Source: the human T2T-CHM13v2.0 reference genome, Homo sapiens
NCBI RefSeq assembly: GCF_009914755.1
Contig: NC_060930.1
DNA: 64,000 nt
Direction: 5' to 3' (one strand)
Position numbers and translations under genes: made by a program. The notes under the pieces are model-generated. The model saw only the letters and a program-made list of their open reading frames with translations. It was not told where the DNA came from and made no database searches. The number at the start of each line of letters is the position of its first letter. Position 1 is the stretch's first letter. This document shows, in pieces, positions 1 through 15,571 of the stretch.

Positions 1-137
1 GCCCTCCAAACTGTTTCAACCTCTGCCTGTTACCCAGTTCCAAAGTGGCTTCCACATTTTCGGGTATCTTTTTAGCAATGCCCCACTCTCTTGTTACCTA
101 TTTTCTGTATTAGTCCATTTTCATACTGCTGATAAAG
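1..137 (-). mobile_element. THE1 (MaLR) internal sequence plus ~32 bp of LTR, truncated
   Basis: ccaaactgtttcaacctctgcctgttacccagttccaaag...ttccacattttcgggtatc is the THE1/MST-int end; tgtattagtccattttcatactgctgataaag (106-137) is the LTR terminus, after which similarity stops. Confidence 0.8.
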
Positions 138-846
138 CGCTTAACAAAATAAACAAAAATGCTTAGAACAAAAGCACTAGAAACTTCATTTTACTTTTTT
201 GCAAAGGAAATTATATTCATGTTGAAATTCTATCAAAAGTATAAATATGGTGCATGTTCTCACCCCTCTGAAAGCAAGTGTTGGAATGCAGACTCTATCT
301 AAAACCAAATCCCCTAGATAGTTTAACAAAATATAAATGGGGAGAAAAATAGGTATTATTCAGAGGAAAATTGAAATTCAACTTGTACTATACTGCATCG
401 AGGTGGCAGAAACAGCTGTGGAACAGCTTAATCCTCGTGACAAGCCCAGAACTCTACAATAACGGCTGGCACTGTCTGATGAAATTTCCAAGGACCCAGA
501 TGCCACAGCTGGGAACATTATCCTTGTGTTTCAGATCAAATTGATACAGCAAATGGCATTTCATTCTTAACTCTTTGGTATCTACAATGAACTTTCCTCA
601 AAGAATTGAAATATTCTATTATATAGGATAAGTTGCCAAGGGTAATGGGGAGGGATGAATGAAAAGAATAATACTTTTATTAGAAAAAGAAAGTGAAGAA
701 GAAATTGTAACTATGGCTCAAAGAAGGAAAAATAGAAAATAAGAGTGATTTTTTAAAATGATAAACTACAGAGGGATAGAGGAGTTGTAACAACATCAGG
801 TTGATGGATGCCCTAAAAATTACAGGACTATTTATATTTCCTCTAA

Positions 847-3497
847 AGGTTGTATGTTTCTATGAATTTATTCATTTCCTCTAGGTTTTCCAGTTTGTTA
901 GTTTATAGCTGTTCATAAATATCTCTGATGATCTTTTTTATTTCTGTGGTTATCAGTTCTAAGTCTCCTTCTTCATTTCTAATTTTGTTTATTTGGATTT
1001 TTTCATTTTTTAGTCTAGCTAGCAATTTATGTATTTTGTTTATCATTTCAAAAAATCACATTTTTGTTTTGTTGATTCTTTGTATTTTTTTCCATCTCTA
1101 CTTTGTTTAGTTCTGCTTTTTTCTTTATTATTTATTTATTTGTATGAATTTTGGGTTTGTTTTGTTTTTGCTTTTATAGTTCATTGAAGTACATTGCTAG
1201 ATTGTTTCTTTGAAATCTACCGTTTCGATGTTGGCATTTATTGTATTGTTCCAAACTTCCCTGTTAGCACTGCTTTTGTTGTATCTTATAAGCTTTTGTA
1301 ATGTTGTGTTTTTATTTTCATTTATTTTTAATAAATTTTTAAATTTCCTCCCTAATCCAGTGGTTAGGAGCATGTTTTCATGTATTTGTAGTTTCTGAAG
1401 TTCCTCTTTTTAATTGACTGACTTATAGTTTGATTCCATTGTGGTTTGAGATACTTGAGGTACTTGATAAGATTTCAGTTTTTGAAAATTTGTTGAGACT
1501 TATTATGTGACATAACATGTGTTTCATGTGGCAATGAGAAGAGTGTGTATTCTGTCATTGTTGGATAAAATGTTCTCTAAATGTTTTTTAGGTCCATTTG
1601 GCCTAATGTGCAGTTTAGATTCAACGTTTCTTTGTTAATCTTTCATCTAGATGATCTATCTAATGCTGAGAGTGGGTCATTAAAATCCCCTACAAGATTG
1701 AATCAGGAAAAAAAAAAGAAAACCTGAACAGAACAATAATAATTAATGAGATTGAATTAGTAGTAAATAGTCTCCAAACGAAGAAAAGTCCAGGACTGGA
1801 TGGCTTCATTGCTTAATTCTACCAAACTTTCAAAGAATGTGTTGGAGTCTGTCTTTCCTTTTAGGTCTAATAATATTTATTTTACATATCTAGGTGCTCT
1901 GGTGGTGTTTGCATATATGTTTAGAATTATCATATCCTCTTGCTGAATTAACCCCTTTATCATTACATATTAAAAATTACCTTCTTTGTTTATTTTTACA
2001 ATTTATGACCTAAAGACTGTTTTATCTAATATATGCATAGCTACTTTTGCTCTTTTTTTGTTTTCATTTGCATGGAATATCTTTTTTCATCCCTTGATCT
2101 CAGTCTGTGTGTCTTTATGAGTAAGGGGTACTTGTTGTAGGGAGCAAATATAAATATAATCTATTTTTTAAATCCATTCAGCCAATCTATATCGTTTAAA
2201 TAAAAAGTTTAATTCACTCATATTCAAGATTATTATTGATATGTGAGGGCTTATTTCTATCATTTTAGTAATTTAATTTCTGGTTGTTTTGTATATTCTT
2301 TCTTCCTTTTTTTCTCTCTCATGTTTGTCACTGTTTTTTGATGGTTTTCTATAGCGGTAACATTCAAATCCTTCTCTTCCTTATTTGTGTGTTGTCTCAA
2401 CCAATGATTTTTATACTTTCATGTGTTTTCATGATGGTAGATATCATCCTTTTGCTTTTGTATGTAGGACTCCCTTAAACATTTGTTGGGCTGTTCTAAT
2501 GGTGATGAATTCCTTCAGCTTCAGTTTGTCCAGGAAACATGTTATGTCACCTTCACTTATGAAGGATAATTTTGCTGGATATTGTATCCTTGACTGGCAT
2601 TTATTTTTCCTTCTCCAGGCTTATGAAGTGTCTGCTGGGAACTCCACTGTTAGTTTGATAGGGGTTCCCTTGTAAGTGACTAGACACTTTCTCTTGCTGT
2701 TTTTAGAACTCTCTGTCTTTTGAGAGTTTTGCTATAATATACTATGGATAAGACCTTTTTGAATTGTATCCATTTGAAGTTCTCTGAGTTTCTTGTATCT
2801 GCTATTATTTTGTGAAATAGGTTTTTTATCCTTTTTGTTTTATCTTTAACTTCTGGGACACCAAAAATTGAATATTTGGTAATTTATGATGTCCTATATG
2901 TCATATAGACTGCTTATTTTGAAATTTTTTTCTTTTATTTTTGTATGACTGGATTATTTCAAAAGAAGTGTTTTCAAGTTGTAAAATTCTTTCTTTTGCT
3001 TAATCTACTGTTTTGCTGAAGCTTTCAACAAAAGCTATTTCAACTCCTTTTTTATTGGAAGCTGTTGCTATAGAATTATTATGCTTCTTTGGAGGTGTCA
3101 TATTTCCTTGCTTGTTCATGTTGCTTATGCCCTTGCATTGATAATTTCGCATTTGGTGTAACAGTGTCTTCTTCAAGTTTTTAAAATTAGCTTTCACAGG
3201 GGAGGACTTTTTCCTGAGGATGTATTGATGGTGTTAGTTGGGCAGGGTACTTTGGCTTTGATTCTGGATACGTGCAGTTATGTAGTCTCCATATGATTTC
3301 TTTAGCTATAAACAGCATCAGTGGTGTCTGTGGTTTCCTGAGTGGCTTAGGGTCCTGTTGTCAGTGGAGGCTGTGGTGAAGTTTTTCTGGAGATGGTGAT
3401 GCCAGGTGGACGTGTTCTTGTGCCCAAGTGGTGGCTGTGGTGGGTGGCATGTGCCTGTCTTTGAACTTCAGGGAGGCATATGCTGGCGCTGGTGTTC
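847..3497 (-). mobile_element. Old L1 (L1M/L1MA-type) fragment: 5' region, ORF1 and N-terminal ORF2, degenerate
   Basis: Antisense ORF2 (atttcctctaggttttccagtttgttag), ORF1 3' part (ccttcacttatgaaggataattttgctgg); ORF 3000-3197(-) contains NMNKQGNMTPPKKHNNS, typical of the L1M ORF1 N-terminus. Confidence 0.8.
1694..1837 (+). mobile_element. Inverted L1 ORF2 fragment embedded in the minus-strand L1M
   Basis: aagattgaatcaggaa...aaagtccaggactggatggcttcattgcttaattctaccaaactttcaaagaa is sense ORF2 (KKSPGxDGF region); minus-strand L1 resumes at 1838. Confidence 0.85.
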
Positions 3498-3575
3498 ATT
3501 GAAGTGTAATTTACACATAGTAAACTCTACCTTTTTTAGTTAGTATATAATCCTGTGGGTCTTGACAAACATAAT
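3498..3575 (-). mobile_element. Short old L1 3'-end fragment (L1MB/MC/ME-like)
   Basis: attgaagtgtaatttacacatagtaaa...cttgacaaacat resembles the antisense L1M 3' terminus. Confidence 0.4.
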
Positions 3576-5935
3576 CATCTTCTCAGATTGGCTTATTTCT
3601 ATCCCCTGATCCTCTTATTGCCCCTCCTGCTGCTGTTCTTCCATTACTCTTCTGAACCCCACCCAACATTCCTGTGAATATCTGAAATACATGGATAGGT
3701 GCTTTTATAAGTTTCATAGTATTATACCTAATATGAAAAGAAACTGCTCTCTGGCAGATATAGAAAGATGCCAACTCCTTTCTTAAAATTTGATTACTAG
3801 GCTTGAATTTGTGGGAGAGTCTTTTGGATTTGCTGCAAACTACAGCATTTCTTTTTAATGTTTATGCTGTGATCTCTGGAGCCGTTGTATTTTATGTAAT
3901 TTAGTAACCTGCACACTGCAATGCAGACATGGAAGCCATAGAGCCATGTGATCCTTATATACTGTGAATCCTACAGCTCATCTGTTATGGGGGGAGGGAG
4001 GATCTTTTTCTGTTTTCTTATGATAGTGTTATTTTCCTACTTTCTCCTGTGACCTTTTTTTTCTCTTTACAGAGAGTTTCAGAATTTCTCCCCAGCAATC
4101 CTCTGAGGGGCTCTCTTAACCCTCTCACCTACTCTGCGCCTCAGTAAATTTCTGTTTTACAGCCATGTTACATATATGACCCCAAAGAGAAGAGAGGAGT
4201 GAAATAAAAAATAGTATGTTGGCATTTGCATTTAAAAGGGAAATATAAATGTGCCGTATAATGAATACTTTGTGCATTTATCTTAAGATAAACTTGTGGA
4301 ATTGCTGGATCTAACAGTATTATGGTCACAAAGACATAGCCCCCAAATTGTTCTCCTGAAAGTCTTCACTCTTAAATACCAATCAGTGTATGAGAAAAAA
4401 AATTTCACAACTTTCTTGCATTTCTTTGCTTTTATGTTTGTAACTTCCATGTTTAATACAGTTCTGATTTTCAGTAACTACAGAATAAACATTTGCTAAG
4501 CTGACTTGAACTAAAGATATCTTTGCCAAAGATATGCTATTTAAGGTAGATATGCTTAATTAAAAGAATAGATAACTTCAAATGAAATGGATATTATTTT
4601 CCTGCTAGTCACTATACTATACTATGAAGAAAAATTGCTTAAGATAAAAATTAAGAATCCCAAATTGTGCTGACATAGAAAATACAATTTAGAATAAAAT
4701 GCTATGTATAAAATGTTAAAGTGATGATTCCCACATAAGAATAAGAGTTTGGCACCATTTTACTAAAATAATTGCTCAGCCTCTGCCGGTACACTTTTCT
4801 ATTTATGATGACAGGTGTCAATTCCCATTCATTTCTCATACATGTACTTTGGGGATTTTTCTAAAAGTTGATACCATTTTATCATTCAGTGCAATTGTAT
4901 TCCTTGTAAACACAGTCAACAAAAAAGCTCTACACTAAAAAAAGAATGTCTAACAAAAAGCATAAGATTATTGAACATCATGAGAGTTTGCAGATTTTAT
5001 GAGCAGTAGTTAAGGACAAGTCCATCTGATTACATTTTGATGAGTTACTCACGGTTTGTGTGGGAGCTCCAGCCTGCTCAATCTTACCTGCTGATAATAC
5101 CAATTGAATGGCTAGATCCTTATATAGAATGGTTTCTGTTAAGAAAGACTAGGAAGGAAGTTCAAATCCAGAGAGATGGCCAAATTATCTCTGATAAAAT
5201 GGGACAACTTCGCTTAGTGAGAAAAATCATAGATTTTAAAATTCAACTGTGATTCTGACTTTAGTTGTAGGAATATATGCACCACATGAAATGAAGGGCT
5301 GATTTACATGCCATGAAAATTGGAACTCTAAATGCTTTTGTTTAAATTACTGAGGTGGAAGGAGAGAAATAAATGACTGAGGTAAATCCACGTGAACATA
5401 TGTGTATAGCGCCAGTTTACTATATATTTGTCTCAGGGCTTAAATTGTGTATGTATGTACAGAAATCAGAGTATTATAAAATATAATGGCTTTACATAAA
5501 GAATGCTTTACTACAGAAATAAATGAAAAAGTGCTTTTGGGAAAACGTCCAATGTTTTATTTTAAAAAAATCTGTATGAAGTAACTAAGGAGAAACAGAT
5601 TTTAAGCTTCTAAAGTCTCTTTGCTTCAGTAGCTTTAGCCACAAAGGAAAATAAAACCTGAGGTAAGAAAAGCAGTCAGACTCAATTTTTAATTTTCAAA
5701 CAATCTTAGGTTTGGTTCTCTGTTCAGTTTGATAACAGAAATCATCTTTACTTTTGCTTATGCCAGACACCTAACAGAAAATTCCTTTGGAGTCTCTTAA
5801 TCTCCCTTTTGTGCATTCTTTTCTGTACATTACTTGTTTAAAAGAGTTAACTTTCCTTTTTGTAACCAGGTAACTTCCCTTTAGTACTTTTATAAGCATA
5901 GCTATTCTGTGAGTCTGTTGCAGTGACAACCCATT

Positions 5936-5960
5936 AAAAAAAAAAAAAAAAAAAAAAAAA
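5936..5960 (+). repeat. Poly(A)25 tract
   Basis: 25 consecutive A; a second A11 run at 5998-6008. Confidence 0.95.
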
Positions 5961-6329
5961 GACTGAAGACTGATGTTAAACCAAGACTGAACAGTAGAAA
6001 AAAAAAAATCAAGAAACCATGAACCTCCTGAGACACAACCTCCTTGTCTGAACTATGACTATTAATTTCATTTTATATTTTATTCAGATTATAAACTCCC
6101 AGGGCAGAAAGAGTAATGTTTAAATAATACATTTCTAAAGAAAATTGGAAATACTTACAAATTGGCTTGTGTGTTGTTATGTTCAACAATATGAACAATT
6201 TTATAAATCATTTCAGTTTTGTTACTAAGAAACTTTGGCTCCACACAGCAGATTTCAGTGTCTTCATTACTAATATGAATTTATATTAATTCTTTTATCT
6301 AAGTTATACAAGCACATGGATGAAAATTC

Positions 6330-7975
6330 AAATACCACAGAAGAGCTGATTATGAAAAAAATGTTCCTGAATATACCAATTCCCATCTATTCCTATCCAG
6401 GCCTGTTCCCAGGGGCAATAGCTCTAGCTGATTTCCTCCAGTACCCATACAGTTTAGTTATGTTCTTATCAACTCCAGACATTATCCATTTCCTGTAACA
6501 ATGCATCTGATTTGGCTCATTTTCTAATCCCCCCATGTTTATCTCCCCTGCTTAATGATACTATTTTATTTCCTCAGTTGTCAACCTGTATAACCTTGAC
6601 ACGTTGTTTCATTACCTACAGCCAATATTTCTTGACTCCTTAGTTCATCAAGTGAGAAAATTAGGGCCCCTACCTGTTTATTTCCTTTTTCTTCCCTCCT
6701 TCTGCCTCGTACTTCTGTCACTCCAGTTTTATTTTTAAATTAGCAAGTTTGAAAACATTTGCTGTCTGTTCTGTAATCACATTTAATGTTTCTATATTTT
6801 TCTTCAAGTTGATGGCTGGTAATTGACATTTATATATTATGACCGTGGAGTATTCCTCATTGGAGAGCCAAGCTGTGTGCTAGGATTTGTTTTCTTTCTC
6901 TAGGGTTTGATAACTCTGTTTCACTCAAAGACAGTTGTTCAAATGGGTTTTTCTTTCCTTCTGCAAATCATTTCACATTAGCATTTGCCCCATATTCAGA
7001 CTGTGTCTACTTTTACAGTCTCTACTGCCCTGGAACCCTGTGCTGGTTTTCCTGCTGATTTCTTATTAGGGAAAGAACTAAGGTTTTTGTTTTTGTTTTT
7101 GTTTTCCCCACTAAAACTTAATGCTCTCAGCTGCTTGTTCATTCTGGGTCTTGCTTAAAATCCATTCCATTTTTCTTAAAATTCATTGATTTCCTTTCAA
7201 AATTTGGATTCACTGTGGTTTTATATTTCAAACATAGTTTTATTTTATAATGCCTGATTTTTCATAATTGAGTTTTCTTCTATTATTTTGTGCCTTTTTT
7301 ATATCCCCAAGTTGTTCCAAGTTGTCAGTCTTACCATATGATCTCCTTGGTCCCTTTTTGGCAGATCTTCCTCCCAGAGTCTGCTGCTTTCCTCTTGTCC
7401 AGACTGGTCACTGCCAGCTGTCATCTTGGTTCTTTCCTTCACTGCTATTCTGGTTTGCCTCTTCTTTCCAGAATCCTATGTTGGCTTCTCGTATTTCACT
7501 TACTAGTTTTGTTGGGTGCTTTCTCAAGTAACTTCCAAAGAAGAAGTGTTAGAGTCTTGTGTGTCCCAAAATATCTTTAGTCAAAGAGAGAAATGAATCG
7601 ATGATTTGGCAGCTAAAGAGATTTAAAGGTCAGCAAAATCTTTCTTCACAACTTGCAGGGGATTGGCCCGTTGCTCATTCCCCCCATTTCAGTCTAGCAT
7701 CCCTTTCCATTCTGAATCTAGAGCTTCTTCAAGGATCCATAGGGTAAGCTCATTCTTCCCTTGACCTTATCCTCTTCTATGCATATTTTGAAGATTTTAT
7801 CCCATGGTTTCCTCTCCTCAGCTTCTGTCACTTCTTTTCTACTTACTTTCTGTCTTGAAATTTCAAATCTGCTGATGATTCTACTCCCATTCTATTTGCT
7901 CTTGGGGGTTTCCAACTAAAAAAATAATTTACTATCATTTTTAGGAAGAAGAGAGGAAATAAATATAATGGCAGG
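6330..7975 (-). mobile_element. Highly diverged HAL1/L1ME-like relic
   Basis: Pyrimidine-rich + strand; 7650-7975 resembles the antisense 5' end of L1ME/HAL1; boundaries approximate. Confidence 0.35.
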
Positions 7976-8059
7976 CCTCAATATTTCAATATTTTAAAAT
8001 ATTTTAATTTAAAAAATTTAATATCTAATGACAAATATATTGGTTTATATTTTTGCCTT

Positions 8060-8228
8060 TAACCCTTACAACAGCTTCCTGAGGTATGTTCTTCATATGT
8101 CTAGATGTGAAAACTTGAGAATGGATAGATAACATAATGTGCCAAACTTTTCTCAGGTACTGTTGGGTGATGTTTACAAACCTGGATATATCTGGTTTGA
8201 AATTCCATGCTCATTCACTCTGCCTTGC
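8060..8228 (-). mobile_element. Degenerate MIR
   Basis: aacccttacaacagcttcctgaggta...agatgtgaaaacttgag...tccatgctcattc MIR-like core. Confidence 0.4.
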
Positions 8229-8260
8229 TGGTTCATATGCTATTCTTATATTAGTAACTA

Positions 8261-8623
<363 letters not shown>

Positions 8624-9294
8624 TCAAAATGGAAAAGAGAAAGAAAAGCAAACTTCTCAATCACATTCACATAAATCTCTACTTCTCAGGGAGATTATAG
8701 TATAATTAGAATATAGTTAGATACATTGTTGCATGATGATGATTTAGGATTATTTGAGATTTGGAGATGACTTCCTAGGTCTCTTCAAAATGTAGATATT
8801 GGTGGAAATATTTATATTATTTTAATATAATTAATAAATATGTAATAATAAATATATATCAGGTATCTAATATGGGTAGAACATTATAGTTCATGCTGTG
8901 TTAAATACAAAGATGAGCAAGGTGTGCTCTTTGTCATTGATTTAAAGAAAAGTACAAAAATAGTTATAATGGAAAGCAATGTATAGGCATCATAAGAGAC
9001 ATACGATATGCCAAGAAAATTCAGGAAGAGAAGAGAGATAAGCAAGGACCAGGGAGGGACGGGAGAGGGAATGGAAGAAGATTTATGAAGATGCTATCCA
9101 AAATGAGTTTTGTTAGATGTAGGAATTTAACAGAAGGGAATGTCTGAGGGAAGAGTATGAGTAAAAGCACTAGTAAACCACAAACATAGTTAGGAAAGAG
9201 AAGAATACCCAGGTTTTGTTTATCACTTGGAAAATGCACAACATAAAAAATCAGGGCACTGTACAGAGTAGGCAATCTTTTTTTAATAAGAAGT

Positions 9295-9623
9295 TATTGA
9301 TTTATTACTAAGTTATGGGGGGATGCAACAGTGAACCAAGATGACATAGTCACTGCTCTTATTGAGCTCACCATATGTAAAGTGACCAAATAAGGGAATA
9401 AACACAAAATGAGTGCACATTATGCTAGTGCCATGAAGGAATAGTGCTGATCTCATGGAGTTCTGTGGAGTACCTGTGCTAACATATGGAAAGCACCTAG
9501 AACCTTGCCTTTATTATTTTTGTGATAATTTTTGTTATATTATTAAGAAGTAAATAAACAGTGTGCTACATAGAATAACAAGGACCACCAGCTTTATATA
9601 CAGGGGTTAGGAATGGTCTTTCT
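9295..9623 (-). mobile_element. L2 fragment (left part, split by L1PA insertion; short MIR-like piece ~9450-9520)
   Basis: gggatgcaacagtgaaccaagatgacatagtcactgctcttattgagctcac is the antisense L2 3' region; continues after the L1 at 12315. Confidence 0.55.
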
Positions 9624-12301
<2,678 letters not shown>

Positions 12302-12314
12302 GAATGGTCTTTCT

Positions 12315-13200
12315 GCTAACATAGTATTTATAAACTTGAAATCTGAGAAGATGCTAAGCCATGCATATAAATGTGGGAAAGAGTGAACTGAAGGAATGGA
12401 GGATCAAATGCAAGAAGGCAGAACATTTGGGGAGAGGCATACAGGAGGTGAATATTGATCCTGTTGGCTGCAGCAATTAGGTAGGGGAGATATTTATGAG
12501 ATAAAGTTTTAGAGGCAGGGAAAAGTATAGTATGTACATCTTTGTAGCCCATGATAACATTTAATAAAGATTTATTGTATGGATAAAGAAATGAAAGAAT
12601 AAAGATCTACTGAACTGTGCCGTAGTTGACAAGTCAGGAGAAGCCTATTATAGCCATGTGTAAGACCCTGAATGCTGGTTTGGAATGAATATCATCAGTT
12701 TAATAAACAATGAAAATGTGCTGTAAATATTCCAAACAAGGAAGTGGCGTGGCTATGCTGTCTACATCATTTGAAGAGCTCAGTGCAAAATAAAAGTGGT
12801 GACTCTTGTTCATTAATTAAAAATTATAAGCAGGGAACAGCAGAACATTGAACAAAGCATGGGCTCTTATTAGTGTGGAGGCTTATGTGACTGCATAGGT
12901 TGTATACCCATGAAGTTGGCTCTGGACACAGCCAATAATCTTTTAGAAGGTTAGTCTTTCAAGACACAGTGTGTCTACAGGCAGACTACCTAACAAATAA
13001 TTAAAATACTCTTTGTGTGAAGTAACAGGGAGTAGCTCAGTGGTAGCAGTGAAAAGGATAAGAAAGGCACCAACGGAAAAGCTGTGGCAGAAAATAGACT
13101 TTAGAAATGATGATATTGGTTGGGTAGGTGGGGTAGAGTTAAATAAGGAAAATGCGAAGGTGATTTAGATATTAAAGCTGAGTGTCCATGGAGAATAGAA
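12315..13200 (-). mobile_element. L2 continuation, diverged, interrupted by MER45A
   Basis: Purine-rich L2-like sequence directly after the L1 TSD (gaagatgctaagccatgcat...; attaaagctgagtgtccatggagaatagaa). Confidence 0.5.
12753..12924 (-). mobile_element. MER45A-like hAT non-autonomous DNA transposon
   Basis: ctacatcatttgaagagctcagtgcaaaataaaa...tgtgactgcataggttgtatacccatgaagttggctctg matches reverse MER45A. Confidence 0.75.
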
Positions 13201-13204
13201 ACTA

Positions 13205-13985
13205 CTACTTGTTAAATTGTTTACTATATGCCAGAATCTTGAAGGAGTTTAGGAAATGGCACCCCAAAATATGCCACTTTGGTACACGGATTACTTTGAG
13301 CTCAAAGCACTGAAAATATAGCACACACAGGGAGAGACTTTGTCTGAACTCCACTTATCTACCTAAAGCCACATACTCCAGAAAGAATTCACTTGTCATA
13401 CATTGGGATCCATAAGAATTTTATCAACCAGGAAAGTTGTACCCTTATCACATGATAGATAGACAAGAAGTCAGCACCACACCCTGATAAACTTTGTCAT
13501 AAACAATCATCTATTATTAGGGCCGATTTATTTTTTCCCAAACCATTTACTGGCATTTAAGGTACCTAAATCCCTCCTCTTCTTCCCCCACTATGAAAAG
13601 GGCATATAAGCTCCTAAGTATCACTGAGTTTTTGGGTATTTACTTTTCTGTGATGACCTCCATGCACATAATAAATTTCTATACACTTTCTCCGATTAAT
13701 CTGCCTGTTTTCAGTTTATTTCATAGACTCAGTTATTGAACTTTCTGAGGGTAGATTGAAAGTCTTTTCAATCCAATAATCTCTTTGGTACTTTATGAAC
13801 ATTTTATTCTCAAAACAACATATTTGTGTCAATTATAATTATTGTAATTTTAAAGATAAAGAAACCGTGGTTTAAAGAATACAAGATGGTTGTCTAAGGT
13901 CATAAATTTAACAGATGGTGTTGCTATAAGGATTTCATCTGTAAGTCTGCTTCTAAAAGCCTGTGCTCTTTACACTGTATTACAT
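13205..13985 (-). mobile_element. MIR split by the MER34 LTR
   Basis: ttactatatgccag before the LTR; attttaaagataaagaaaccgtgg...ttgtctaaggtcata...aaagcctgtgctcttt after it. Confidence 0.65.
13240..13778 (+). mobile_element. MER34-family solo LTR (ERV1)
   Basis: Starts tgaaggagtttaggaaatggcaccccaaaatatgccactttgg; TATA-like catataag and aataaa; 4-bp TSD atct at 13236-13239 and 13779-13782. Confidence 0.8.
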
Positions 13986-14519
13986 TTCCTCTTTTCACCA
14001 AAAAGGCAAATTAGTGGTATTCCTTGTTTGAAGTATAGGTGGGTATTCTCTGGATCTGATTTCTTTATCACTCATTTATGCAATATATCCTTGCCTAGTG
14101 CCACCTATATGCCTAGGTTCGGTGCTTGGTAATGGTGATAAAAAGATAAAAGAATTTATTTTAGCAACTCCTATGTGATGAAGAATACAATGGTGATGCC
14201 TCTCAAAAATATAATTTATTTTAATACTTCCTCGTTATTATGATTTTACTTCTGGACTGTACTGCTGACAGTTTTATACCGGTGATTAGAGTGTTTGCCA
14301 ATCCTAACATATTTTATTATTTTATACTACATATATAGTATGTATTATGTATATGTATATATTTGTGTATGTGTACGTATATACACATATGTGGCATCAT
14401 AGCGTAGTTGCTTCAATTATGGAGCCAAATTCTCTGTCACTTACTAGCTACCTGACCTTGGGCAAATTGCCTAACCTCTCCACATCTCCATTTCCTCAAA
14501 AAAAAATGGGGATAGTAAG

Positions 14520-15121
14520 TGTGATGGTTAATTTTAGGTGTCAGTTTGACTGGATTAAGGAATATCTAGAGAACAGGCAAAGTGTTATTTCTGGGTGTGT
14601 CCCTGAAAGTATTTCCAGAGGAGAATGTTCCAGTGAATCTGTGGACTGAGTGGTGGAAGATCTACCCTCAATGTGAGTGGTAACCATCAAATCGACTGAG
14701 GGCCCAGACAGAACAAAAACAGCAGGGGGAAAACTGGTGTTTTCTTTCTTTCTTTCCTTTTTCTTTTTTTTCCCCTCTCTCTCCTGGATCTGGAACACTC
14801 TTCATCTCCTACCTTTGGACATCAGAACTCCAGGCTCTCCCGCCTTTAGATTCCAGGATTTACACCAGCAGTTCCCTGGGTTTTCAGGGCTTCAGCCCAG
14901 TCCCAAGAGTTACACCATTGGCTCCTCTGGTTCTCAGGCTTTCGGACTTGGACTGAGCCATGCTACTCACATTCCAGAGTCTCCAGCTTATAGACAGCCA
15001 GTTGTGGGACTTCTCAGCCTCCATAATCACATGAGCAAATTATCTTAATAAATCCCCTCTCATCTATCTATACATTCTTTTACCATTTGTTCTGTTTCTC
15101 TGGAGAACTCTGACTAATACA
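14520..15121 (+). mobile_element. MLT2B-type solo LTR (ERVL)
   Basis: tgtgatggttaattttaggtgtcagtttgactggattaagg...tctggagaactctgactaataca; TSD gtaag/gtcag. Confidence 0.88.
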
Positions 15122-15188
15122 GTCAGGGTGCCTACCTTGAAGTACTGTAAAGAGGCTAGTGAGTAAAAACATTAACTACCTTTAACAG

Positions 15189-15571
15189 TGTATTAATCGG
15201 TTCTTGCATTGCTATAAAGAAATACCTGAGATTGGGAAATTTGTAGGGAAAATAGGTTTAATTCGCTCATGGTTCTGCAGGCTATACAGAAAGCAGATGG
15301 TGGCATCTGCTTCTGGGGAGGCCTCAGGGAGCTTTTACTCAAGGTGGAAGGCAGAGTCCCAGCAGGAGTCTTATATGGCAGGAGCAGGATTGAGAGAGGG
15401 GAGGTCACTTTTAAATGACCAGGTATCATGAGAACTTACTCACTATCACTAGAATACCAAGGGGGAAATCCACCCCCATGATCCAGTCTCCTCCTACCAG
15501 GCCCACCTCTAACATTGGTTATTACAATTCGTCATGAGACTTGGGTGGGGACACAGATCCAAACCATGTCA
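15189..15571 (-). mobile_element. MSTA-type solo LTR (MaLR)
   Basis: tgtattaatcggttcttgcattgctataaagaaatacctgag...ttgggtggggacacagatccaaaccatgtca; TSD aacag/aacac. Confidence 0.88.

Noticed and set aside
337-570. ATG-initiated frame MGRKIGIIQRK... with one internal stop
   Set aside because: No recognisable homology, short and interrupted; compatible with chance
7980-8025. AT-only palindrome aatattttaaaatatt
   Set aside because: Expected by chance in very AT-rich low-complexity sequence
14677-15048. 123-aa ORF and neighbouring ORFs
   Set aside because: Lie wholly within MLT2B/MSTA LTR sequence; no coding features
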